Origin: a virus
Taxonomy: Duplodnaviria; Caudoviricetes
DNA: 64,000 nt
Direction: 5' to 3' (one strand)
IMG/VR virus record: IMGVR_UViG_3300033463_000056
Span: 1-64,000 of that record
Both the position numbers and the translations under genes were made by a program. Position 1 is the first letter of the stretch, and every line of letters starts with the position of its first letter. The notes beneath the pieces were generated by a model that saw nothing but the letters and a program-made list of their open reading frames with translations, was not told the origin of the DNA and made no database searches. Below, in pieces: positions 1 through 9,700 of this stretch.

Positions 1-3000
1 TACTTGAACAGATCGATGGCCATCTTTCGGATTTCTTCGAACGGAGAAACCGACATCATCGCCCAGTCATAGGTAATCTTTTCGCCGAAGTTATCCATCG
101 TGACACCGCCTTTCTGGAAGAACAGGCGGGGCTTCTCGGATTCTCCCTGAGGCTCGTCAACGGAAAGCTTGTCAATGAAGATATTGTTGACCATACTTCT
201 CGCGGCTTCATCGAGAGCAGGCTCATTCTTCTCCATACGATATTTCTCGCGCTTAACACGATCCGCGAACTGCATGAACTTCTTCGGGAAATTGATGACG
301 AGTTCTTTCCCTTCCTCGTGAACATTTTGGATGAAAGCAGAAGACTTCATAAGGTTCCAGAGAACCATTTCATTACCGACATTACGGTAGATAGCCTCCT
401 TCTCTCTCTGGGAAGCGCGGAAGCGACCAACGATATTGTCCAGAACGGTTCTCCACTGCTTCTTCGCATACGGGAAATACGGAGCGAAGAAACGATAGAC
501 CTTATCCTGCATCAGTGCTTCCAGTGCAGTGATACGCTTGATAGGGCTGACAGCTAGCTTCTCGGCGATATCCGCTTCGCTATCGTCATCGTAAACCTCG
601 ACAGGCGCGACAACGCTCTTGATACCTTCAAGAAGCGGGAGCTGCTTGATTTCCGGAATGTCCTTTTCGTTCTCGGCTTTTTCAACTTGCTCGTCTTCGT
701 TTTCGATTATATCCTCCTCGTCGAGTTCGTTATCTACAATCCTTCCACGAAGCTCCTTCAGCTCGCTGGTAACAACCATCGTCTTCGCGAGAACAGAACC
801 GATACCATTTGAAGTAGCCTCGGGGCGCGTTCCCTTGATGACCTTGGAAAGGAGCATTGCGTATTTGTTCTGGTTCAGCAGGACAGAGAGAATACCTATC
901 TGGTTTCCGAGAAGCTGTTCGTCTTCCGCCTTACCGGGATTAGCCTTGAGAAGTTCCTCATAATGCAATGGCATCATACGAATCCAATCGTCTTCCTTCA
1001 ACTTGAAAATCCTGTCGGCAGAACCACGGAGATAGCCAAGTTCAGTAAGGTTTTTCTTATTAGCGGTAAGCTCTTTCTTTATTTGGAGCATCGCATTTTT
1101 GAAGGAGATATTCTGCTCCTTCATACGACGGACAGTTTCGATAATAACCGGCTGATTAAGGATAAGGTGAACCTGCTCCTCGCTCAAGTTGACGGCGGCA
1201 AGATAATTAGTAATCTCCGCTAGCTTCGGGTCCTGATTCAGATAACCGAGCCGGGGATTCTTACCGTTATCAACGGCGGAGTTAATCCATCCGGACTGGG
1301 TAAGTGAGCCAAGCTGACCAGCATTGTTGACAATCTTGTAAAGGTCATCGATGGGCTTTCCGAAGAAACCGATGTTATAAGATTCGATTTTCTTCGTCTT
1401 CTTATTGTAGTATCTACCCTGATTAACCTTCAGGCCAAGACGCTGAAGCATTTGACCGGCGGAGGCATAGAGGGCGTAGACGGAAATCATCTTCTTGCCG
1501 CCCATCATATAATCAAACGCCTCGTTGGAGTGTTCGAAGGAGAACGGAACGACATTGCCGTTCACGATATCCATTATCTCGGAAAGCTTCTTCCCACTCA
1601 TCGCACGGAGCGACTTGTAGATAGTCACATCATCCGTGAAATCGATTCCGTATCCTTCGAGTTTGTCTTCGAGAGAACTGTCATCGTGGAGAGCGCGAGT
1701 GATGTGGAAGGTAGCACCATAGACATCAGTATCGGCGCTTCCGCCGGGAATAAGCATACGACGGGAACCGGAGGGAGAAGTCAGCTGAGCGAAAGCGAGT
1801 TGAACCTTTGCGTTGTCACGCTGCTCCTGCGTATTCTCGTGAGCCTTCTTGGAATAATCATACTGATACATCGTAATGATGCCTTCGGTATAATTGTCAG
1901 GATTGGCAAGCCATTCCTTCTTGAACTTCTGATATCTCTGCGTTACGGCATTGTCTTCACCGAGAGCAGCCTTGACGATATTCTCATCTTTCGCCTGCTC
2001 CTCCATATACTTCTGGTAGAGATAATCATCACTGACATCAACATTGAAATCCTGGAAGTGGCAGCGGAGTTTATCACCATCGAAGTCGTGACCGGTCATC
2101 TTCATCACTTCCTTCGGAACGATGATATTCGCGCCTCTCGCCTTGGAAGTGAAACCGACTACGCGAAGCGGAAGGATAGAGTGGATATCATCGGAAGGAG
2201 TACGATAGGCGATGAACTGAATCAGGTCTTCAGGAATGATTTTCTTGTCAAGGAGTTCCTGTAAGCGCTCCGGCGTAATCTCGCCGTTCTCATCTGCGAA
2301 GATTTCCAGACGGGAATCGTGGATAGGCATATAGCACTCGATGTACTTGATGCGCTTGTCCTTTCCATTTCCTTCGAAGCGGATGTGGAGCTTGTGCTTG
2401 TCATTCAGACCGAAGGAATTGCCAAACGGATCCATATCCCAGCCGAGAGAAGTGACCTGAAGCATATTCGCACCCTTGGTCTTCGGTCTCGTCATCCGTT
2501 TCTTGATGATGGAAGAGAACAGCTGTTCGGCTCCACGGGCAATTGACGGATAGAAATATGGAACCTTCCCACTGTTGATAGCGAATTCAAGTTCAGGGGA
2601 ATTGTAAGACTTTCCAGCGAGTTCCGTCATTAGGACATCGCGGAGTTCGTCGGGGTCATCGAAGATTTCCTGGAGCTCCTTATAATGGGCAGCGGCAGAA
2701 GCGGCATCGATTTCATCATCAATATCGCGAGCCTCGCTGGATTTCATTTGTCTGCCGTCAATCTTCAGACGCTTGTCAATGAGTTCGTCATCCGCCTCGA
2801 TGTTTCCCCAGATATCCTTCTGGGCTTGCGAGGACCAGCTGATTTCATCGTCTTCGCCGTGAGCAGGAGTAGAAGCAGCTTCTCCATAGTATTTCATCGG
2901 AAGGACATGAACCGCCCAGGGAGAAGCCTTCACGCCTTCAGTGATATGACGGGCAATCTGGTCAGCAGAAATGCATTTGCGAATAGGATGGCCATTCTCA

Positions 3001-6000
3001 TCGAGAATACGCTTTCCATCTTCATCCTCCTCGAAACCGAACGGATCGAGAAGCGTGTGGGCTCCAACCTTGACACAGCTGTGTGTCAAAAAGATATCGA
3101 AAGGATTGTTTGCTGTATTCAGTTTGGCAGCAGCCTTCGCCATACCGAGAATCTGTGCGGGAATATTGTCTCCCATCAGTTTCCGAAGGACGTGCTCAGG
3201 GAACAGAACCGTTTCGGAATACTTATGAAGAACCGGGACGCGGACATTGTTTACAATTTCCCATCCTGTATAGACAGGTTTCTCATTGGGATTGTAAATC
3301 CGACGCATCTCCTTCGAGATTTCCTCCTGGGAAAGTTCGCCCTTTCCATACATCAGATAATCATAGACACGTTCGCGCTCGTCATCCCATTTACCAAGTT
3401 CAATCTGAACAACGCGATAGGAAGGATAATAACGGAAAGCCTGACCATCCGTGGATGTGTTGTCCTTATATGAAGCAATATATCTTTCGAGATGCTTATC
3501 ATCGATGTAATCGAGATTCTTCAGCTCGGTCAACATCTCGCTGATATCATCGTAGTAATACGATTCGGAGATTTCGTCTTCAAGATAAATGGCGTTCTGA
3601 TTCTCGCGACCAACCTTTTCGCCATTCCAATAAGCCTCGGTATAAACGGGACGACGGGTTGCGTGGTTCATCATATTACGCTTCTCGAAGTCGAGCAATC
3701 CCTTGAACTGCTGAAGACCACCGTTCATCAGCTTGACCATCTGGATTCTACCGTAATAATAATCCAGGAAGAAGTTCTGGAGAGTGAGAAGCGCGGCGGC
3801 GGATTCCAAATCCTTTATCTTGCCAGTCGAGCTGTAAATGTTCACGGTCTTGTTATCGACGGAGAAATTCATCAGCTGCGGATTGGTAAGCGCCTTGGTC
3901 TTCTCAAGATAAGCGAAGTCCTTTTCAATCCTTTTCTCGAGCTGCTTGGCAACTTCAACCTCAACGAATTCACGAGCATCGACATCGCTCTTGATGGCGT
4001 GATACTTCTCATAAAAGCTGTTGTCGTTCAGCTCGGGGAAAATCTGGAATTTCAACCCCTGCTTGTCGTAGACTTTCATCCGAGGACCGAATACACCAGC
4101 CGAATCGTGATAAAGTTCATCGCGAAGACGGGCAATGCGGTTGATTTCAATCATCACCTCATCGGCAATCTCCTGAACAACGGGCCACTGCGTATTATAG
4201 GTTCCATCAGGTCGCTTGATTTTACCGTACTGGGCAGTAACCTGGTTCTGAATACGAGTACGGATACGGACTTTCTGATTAAATGATGGGGCTTTACCCT
4301 CCACTTCGCGGAACTTGGCAATCTCCTCATTGACTCTCTGCTCGATAATCTCGTCGAGTTCGGAGATCTTCGTTCCGGGTTCGATACCTGCGTTCTGGAT
4401 GAAGTCCCAAGCATTGGCGTAGTCGGCCTGAATAAGACATTCGACAGCGCGATTCATACTTCCCCACATCACAAGCTGTGCTGCGATCTTCTGCGGAATG
4501 GACAAGTCCTTATACTCGACATGATTGAACGCTGTCATATGGACAAGCTTATAAGGACCAGCTTGCTGTCCTTCCTTACCGGCGAATTTGAAAGCACTTC
4601 CGTCACGGAGTCTCTTGAGCCAGCCTGTAGGTTTCCCGGCGAGAGTCATATCCTCATAACGAAGATATTCCTTGTCGAGGAATTCATTGTATTCCGTTTC
4701 GTCCAGCTGAGCTTCGTTATTCAGACCATCCATCGTGTCGTGGATAAGACTGGGATAGATATAAGTCTGGAGCGAAGTGCTTTCAACAAGAACCCGGGGC
4801 TCAAGTTCATCGAAGAAAGAAACGGCGAACGCGGAATTCAACTTCGTGAATTCCTTTGAAACGACATTGCCGACATCGCGTGCAGTCTTATGCTTCAATT
4901 TGTCGGAGTCTTTCTTCTCAGTCCTCGCCGCTTCGTTATAGACGGAAATCAATTCATCGATGATGGAGACAAGACGGTTGGTTCCCTTGTGGTCATCTTC
5001 ACTTGTCTGACCAATAATCTTCGCCGTGGTCTTGTTGATGGGAGACAGGATCGCATTACGCACCTGATACTCATCAAGGTCAATTCCAATACCACGGGAA
5101 GCACTGGTCACCGCGGAAACGACACCAGGATTATCTTCCAAGAATTTCTGGAGAGCCGCTTCGCCCCCTTTTTCTTGTGCAAGTTTGGAGTATTCGGTAT
5201 AATCCGGGTAATTGGTTGCTTTCCCTTTCTTGTTGACGGAGGCACGCTTATCGAAACCGCCATTTACCATATTGACGAAGCCGAGCTTTTCTTTGTAATC
5301 GGTAAGCGTCTTCTCAACATCAGAAGCGACAGTCTGGATTTTCCTGACAATCAGACCGCCGTCATCATAGATGCTCCACTTTGGATCGAGCCTGGTTCCG
5401 CCCATATTTCGATTTGCGGAACGGACAAGGGCATTACCCTGCGCACGGGTATTGGCTTTATTCGCACGATAACTACCCTTGTTCAGGTCGATATAGCCGT
5501 ACAGGTTGGCGGCTCGTTTGAAGTTAGTATAGATAAGAGCCTGATAGTTCTTGTCCTCCTTCCGATAAACACCGTCAAGCTTTTTGGCGAGATTCAGAAG
5601 GAAGGGATAACGGTCAGCAGCCTCCTTCAAATCGGCAATCATCGTCTCCGACGTCGAGAAACGAAGGATTGACGGAAGGACATAAGCAATTTGTCGCGGG
5701 TCAAGGAAACGGGGACGCATCATATCGTCGCGGACAATCCTCCTCGCATTATCCGTCATCGGGATAGTGGACAGAAAAGCCTTGGTCTCAGTGCTGATAG
5801 TGTCCATAATCTTCTTGACGCGGACATCAATGTATCTCTCACCGCCTTCGCCGCCGGTATCGTCCTTCTGGTTATCTTCCTCGTCCTCGTTGTCCTTATA
5901 TGCCTCGAGGGACATTTCGATACCGTTGTGGTTCACGACAAGACCGAGGGAATTGGCAAGCTCGCGAGTGACAAGCGTAGCAAAACGCTCCTTGTTCTCG

Positions 6001-6608
6001 GCGACCTTGTTCATCTCCTTCGCATTGTATTCGGCTCTGTCACGATAGATTTTCTTCTGATTATCATCTTTCGGCTCGCCGTAGGCGTTGACAAGATATT
6101 CGTATTCGCTGTCGGCGGTAGCTTTTGCGAGACGATTGAAAGCGCGTTCGAGAACCTTCTGATATCCACCGAGCCGACGGATTGCGGCAGGAATAGAAAG
6201 TTCGACTCCCTCCTCGCGCTTAATCTTGTCGGTGATGAAACGAATCTGATTGATGAAGTTTGTCTTCACCAGGTTCACGCGGCTCTCCAACTGGGTACGG
6301 TTGTATCCGAGCTTCAGCATCGCCTTATAGACATCGATAGCCTCACGAAGCGGCTTACTGTTCATCCGACGAAGGAGTTTCTGGTTGCGTTTCTTTGCAA
6401 CTTTCCGCAGGTGCGATACAAAGGAAAGATACTCATCTTTCTCGCTATCACCGGGGAAGTATTCTCCGAGCTTCTCGTACTTCTCACGATACTGCTGGAT
6501 ATCCTCCATCACATCGTACCACTCGACATCCGAATCGGTATACCAGGATTTGACCTTCTGGAAATCAGGATTCGCCTCTACCAAGGACTTTACAGAACAA
6601 TGAGACAT
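1..6608 (-). CDS. Giant virion-packaged double-psi beta-barrel RNA polymerase (crAss-like vRNAP), at least 2,202 aa, 3' end beyond the window
   Basis: Hand translation from ATG at 6608 (MSHCSVKSLVEANP...). The same frame holds FIAYRTPSDD...IIVPKEVMKMTGHDFDGDKL (DFDGD at 2087-2073, about residue 1508) and is open at positions 1-60. Not every codon was checked, but the ORF track lists no terminated ORF in this frame, consistent with no stop inside the window. Confidence 0.92.
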   Translation of the reverse strand, partial: MSHCSVKSLVEANPDFQKVKSWYTDSDVEWYDVMEDIQQYREKYEKLGEYFPGDSEKDEYLSFVSHLRKVAKKRNQKLLRRMNSKPLREAIDVYKAMLKLGYNRTQLESRVNLVKTNFINQIRFITDKIKREEGVELSIPAAIRRLGGYQKVLERAFNRLAKATADSEYEYLVNAYGEPKDDNQKKIYRDRAEYNAKEMNKVAENKERFATLVTRELANSLGLVVNHNGIEMSLEAYKDNEDEEDNQKDDTGGEGGERYIDVRVKKIMDTISTETKAFLSTIPMTDNARRIVRDDMMRPRFLDPRQIAYVLPSILRFSTSETMIADLKEAADRYPFLLNLAKKLDGVYRKEDKNYQALIYTNFKRAANLYGYIDLNKGSYRANKANTRAQGNALVRSANRNMGGTRLDPKWSIYDDGGLIVRKIQTVASDVEKTLTDYKEKLGFVNMVNGGFDKRASVNKKGKATNYPDYTEYSKLAQEKGGEAALQKFLEDNPGVVSAVTSASRGIGIDLDEYQVRNAILSPINKTTAKIIGQTSEDDHKGTNRLVSIIDELISVYNEAARTEKKDSDKLKHKTARDVGNVVSKEFTKLNSAFAVSFFDELEPRVLVESTSLQTYIYPSLIHDTMDGLNNEAQLDETEYNEFLDKEYLRYEDMTLAGKPTGWLKRLRDGSAFKFAGKEGQQAGPYKLVHMTAFNHVEYKDLSIPQKIAAQLVMWGSMNRAVECLIQADYANAWDFIQNAGIEPGTKISELDEIIEQRVNEEIAKFREVEGKAPSFNQKVRIRTRIQNQVTAQYGKIKRPDGTYNTQWPVVQEIADEVMIEINRIARLRDELYHDSAGVFGPRMKVYDKQGLKFQIFPELNDNSFYEKYHAIKSDVDAREFVEVEVAKQLEKRIEKDFAYLEKTKALTNPQLMNFSVDNKTVNIYSSTGKIKDLESAAALLTLQNFFLDYYYGRIQMVKLMNGGLQQFKGLLDFEKRNMMNHATRRPVYTEAYWNGEKVGRENQNAIYLEDEISESYYYDDISEMLTELKNLDYIDDKHLERYIASYKDNTSTDGQAFRYYPSYRVVQIELGKWDDERERVYDYLMYGKGELSQEEISKEMRRIYNPNEKPVYTGWEIVNNVRVPVLHKYSETVLFPEHVLRKLMGDNIPAQILGMAKAAAKLNTANNPFDIFLTHSCVKVGAHTLLDPFGFEEDEDGKRILDENGHPIRKCISADQIARHITEGVKASPWAVHVLPMKYYGEAASTPAHGEDDEISWSSQAQKDIWGNIEADDELIDKRLKIDGRQMKSSEARDIDDEIDAASAAAHYKELQEIFDDPDELRDVLMTELAGKSYNSPELEFAINSGKVPYFYPSIARGAEQLFSSIIKKRMTRPKTKGANMLQVTSLGWDMDPFGNSFGLNDKHKLHIRFEGNGKDKRIKYIECYMPIHDSRLEIFADENGEITPERLQELLDKKIIPEDLIQFIAYRTPSDDIHSILPLRVVGFTSKARGANIIVPKEVMKMTGHDFDGDKLRCHFQDFNVDVSDDYLYQKYMEEQAKDENIVKAALGEDNAVTQRYQKFKKEWLANPDNYTEGIITMYQYDYSKKAHENTQEQRDNAKVQLAFAQLTSPSGSRRMLIPGGSADTDVYGATFHITRALHDDSSLEDKLEGYGIDFTDDVTIYKSLRAMSGKKLSEIMDIVNGNVVPFSFEHSNEAFDYMMGGKKMISVYALYASAGQMLQRLGLKVNQGRYYNKKTKKIESYNIGFFGKPIDDLYKIVNNAGQLGSLTQSGWINSAVDNGKNPRLGYLNQDPKLAEITNYLAAVNLSEEQVHLILNQPVIIETVRRMKEQNISFKNAMLQIKKELTANKKNLTELGYLRGSADRIFKLKEDDWIRMMPLHYEELLKANPGKAEDEQLLGNQIGILSVLLNQNKYAMLLSKVIKGTRPEATSNGIGSVLAKTMVVTSELKELRGRIVDNELDEEDIIENEDEQVEKAENEKDIPEIKQLPLLEGIKSVVAPVEVYDDDSEADIAEKLAVSPIKRITALEALMQDKVYRFFAPYFPYAKKQWRTVLDNIVGRFRASQREKEAIYRNVGNEMVLWNLMKSSAFIQNVHEEGKELVINFPKKFMQFADRVKREKYRMEKNEPALDEAARSMVNNIFIDKLSVDEPQGESEKPRLFFQKGGVTMDNFGEKITYDWAMMSVSPFEEIRKMAIDLFK

Positions 6609-6630
6609 AGTTATCTGTTTATATTATAAG

Positions 6631-6681
6631 CAAAGGTATGAAAAGCAGAAAAGGGAAATACTTAACTAAGCGTTTCAGTAT
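6631..6681 (-). promoter_or_regulatory. Putative late promoter for the vRNAP gene (tripartite class)
   Basis: Sense TACCTTTG (-7 box), GTATTTCC 15 nt upstream, half-conserved TAAG-N7-CTTA box. Confidence 0.6.
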
Positions 6682-6686
6682 CTCCC
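6641..6686 (-). terminator. Intrinsic terminator after the 1,734-aa gene
   Basis: GGGAGATACT...AGTATTTCCC stem followed by TTTTCTGCTTTT. Confidence 0.6.
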
Positions 6687-6728
6687 TAAAAGGATTATTA
6701 TTACACCGTTGAAATCGGCACGATTTGG

Positions 6729-9700
6729 CTACATGACATCAACACATCGGAGCATATTCTCTCGCTGTTCAGGTGTTTTCGCCTCCCATTTCGCTTCAAC
6801 GCTCGGACCATAATATCCAACAAGTGCTTCTTTCTGCGTATCAGAAAGCAAGTCCCAAAAGCGCTTTACCTGCTCTCCGACTTTCTTCTGTTCTCCGGGG
6901 CCAAGTTCGTCTTCCTCGACAGGCATCGATTTGAACAAGGATGTTTCCGGTTTGAAAGTATCAATCTTCGGAGCCTCAAGAGTTCCGGATTCAGGAGCCG
7001 GACCGACAACGGGTTCTTCGGTAGTGGCTTTCACCTCCGCCTCGACGGTGGAAGGAGTTTCCTTATCAAGCAATTCCTTCTGGTCATCGGTGGAAACGAA
7101 TTCTCCGTCTTCGAAATGAGTGATATAGACATCAACCTGCTTCGGAAGAAGTTTCTTCGCATTGGAAGTGATAAAGCCTTTCTTGATGAAGCTTTCCAGA
7201 TTCTGTCTCGGATTCAGATCCATCGAGACACGCTCTTCGGCGAACTTGTCAAGCAGCTGATTATAGTTATCGTGACTGAGCCAGAAGCCGTCAACCTCAC
7301 CATCCTTCTTGTTCGCAGAATTCCTGTCATATCTGAGCCAAGGCTTTCCTTCCTTATCAATGATGAAGGTGAAGAATCCGTGAGTGAGGTCGACATATTT
7401 CCGAAGACCATTCGCTACGAGCTGATGCAGGTTCTTATTCTCCTCATCGAGAATTTCCTGCTTCGCTGCATCGTCAGCAGCCTGTTCAACTTCATTGAAG
7501 AACCTTCCTGCAAGACCCTCTATCTCGGACAGATGACTTCTGATCGCCTTGAAGGTAGCATCCTGTCTGGTTGTCGCATTCTTCGGAGTGAAGTGCTCGA
7601 TGCCAAGACGAATCGGCTTGTATCCGCCGTTTCCATCATTGGCAAGATAATACAATGCGCCGCGAAGTTCGTTCCTTCTTTGCGGACTCATATTACGCCA
7701 AGCGTAAATAGACCTGGCTGCGCTTGAATTACCACGAAGCGTTTCGAACAAACCGTCTCCGTTCACCCACACGATAGGAGCGCTTGCGTCATATCCTTCA
7801 ATCCCAGGGACAATCTGACCATTCTCTTCGCGTGCTATAGGACGTTCACCTGCGTAGTTCTCGGAATAATCATAATCAATGATACCGTCCCGTTTCCCCC
7901 AAACAGTCGCCTGCTTCGGGAAAACATATTCGCCGTCCTTATAACCGGCTTTCTGGAGACTGATATCGAAAGCATCCAAGAAATCCTTCAATCCCTTGTA
8001 CTGGTTGATTCCTTCACCATACCGGCGCATCACATTGAAGATATAACGCTGACCATCTTTCTCGACAGCCATAAAAATGACGGGCTTTCCGTTATCATCG
8101 TTATATCCCTCAAGCGCTACGAGCTGAACCTTGTCATCGACAGCGACTTTCGTCACTGCATTCGTCCAGGCATTATCAGAAACGAGCTTCTGAATAACCC
8201 TGTCGCCCATTCTCGGACCAATAAAATCGACAAGTTGCTGGATAGCAATCTTGCGTTTCTCATCCTTGTCCGGATCTTTTTCGGAAATCTCGAAGAAAGC
8301 TTTTGCCGACTCGACGGTGAATTCCGGAATTGCCGTCTGATAGTATTGTTTGCGACCACCGCGATCAACTTCGCTTTCTGCTTTCTTCTTCTGGGGTGGA
8401 GTATATGGCGGAGTATCTACTACTTCGTTCAAGAGCTGTTCTTTCGTAGGACTCGTAACCTTATCCTCGATGACGGTTGTTTTCGAAGTAATGGGTCTCG
8501 GCTCCTTATGAATCATATAGGTCTGATTGGTCAGACTGACGCTCCAATCACGGGAGCCAGTAAGATACATTCGGACATCACCATTCTTCCCAACAGCGAA
8601 TTCCTTGACGGTGAACTCCTCAACGATATCATTGGTCTTGTTCTCGTCATAGGTATAAATCTTTTCACCGACAGTCCAAGTGCGACCAGCGGCATCGACT
8701 GCCGTCTTCATTTCCTGGTCAACAGTAGCTGGTTTCTTCTTCTGCTCGACAGCCTTGCTGGATTCGGCGGAAGGTTCAGTCCCACTTCCCTGAACAGTAG
8801 TAGCGGCAGGAGCGGGCTCCGGTTCGGGAGTAGGATTTTCGCCTTGTCTTCCGGAAGAAGCACCACGGATATCGCCAAGTGAATTCATCGCGGCAACGAC
8901 TTTCGCGACAGCCTTATCATAAGTATCTTTCGACACTTCCATAATACCGGCACGACGGCTCAAAGCTGCATCGAAGTTGGGGGCATTCACGGTCTTCTCA
9001 CGCTCCTTCGCCATCCACTGCTCGTAAGTGTCTATTCTGGAAGCATCAACCAAATCGGAAGCGTCGACAGCTTCGTCGAAAAGCTTGTCGATGATACCAG
9101 CTTCAATACCGGAGAGCGTCCCACTCTGCTTTACATAAGCCTTTCGCAAATCGGAATAAGCGTCGTGCAAATCAAGGAACTGCGATACGAACTGATTCTT
9201 ATCCTTTGCTTTGCGGAGCTTGTCAATGAATTCGCCGACATCGCCGCCTTTCTTTTTTCTGGCGACATTATACTGCGCCTTGACTCCAGCGAGATTGATA
9301 TAGGATTCGAATTCCTTTTCGGCTTCTTCTTTCTTCTGCTCCTCTACAACCTTGTCCGCATTCTGTGCTTTGTTAGCGAATTCTTCAGAAGATAATCCCT
9401 TGAGCGTCAGGAGTTTATCGACAAACGCCTTGCGGTCAGCGGCAATCTTCTTCAGATCTTCATATTTCTGTTGAAGCGCAGTATCACCAGAAGCATCAAT
9501 CTCGGATTTAAGTTTTGAGAGAACGGGGATAACGCCGAATTCTTCAATCAGATTAGGATTAAGCGGAATCCGGATATTGGTAAGAACCTCGGCAAGGGTA
9601 CTGCGAATATTTTTCGCCTGCTCGAGACTTTCCTCCTTCTTGATGAATTTGCCTTTATCGTCGCGGGCGGAAAGAATCTTGATTTGCGGCTCGACAGATT

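Noticed and set aside
318-6629. Many 60-310 aa plus-strand ORFs
   Set aside because: They are antisense shadows of the vRNAP frame caused by codon bias and show no recognisable motifs
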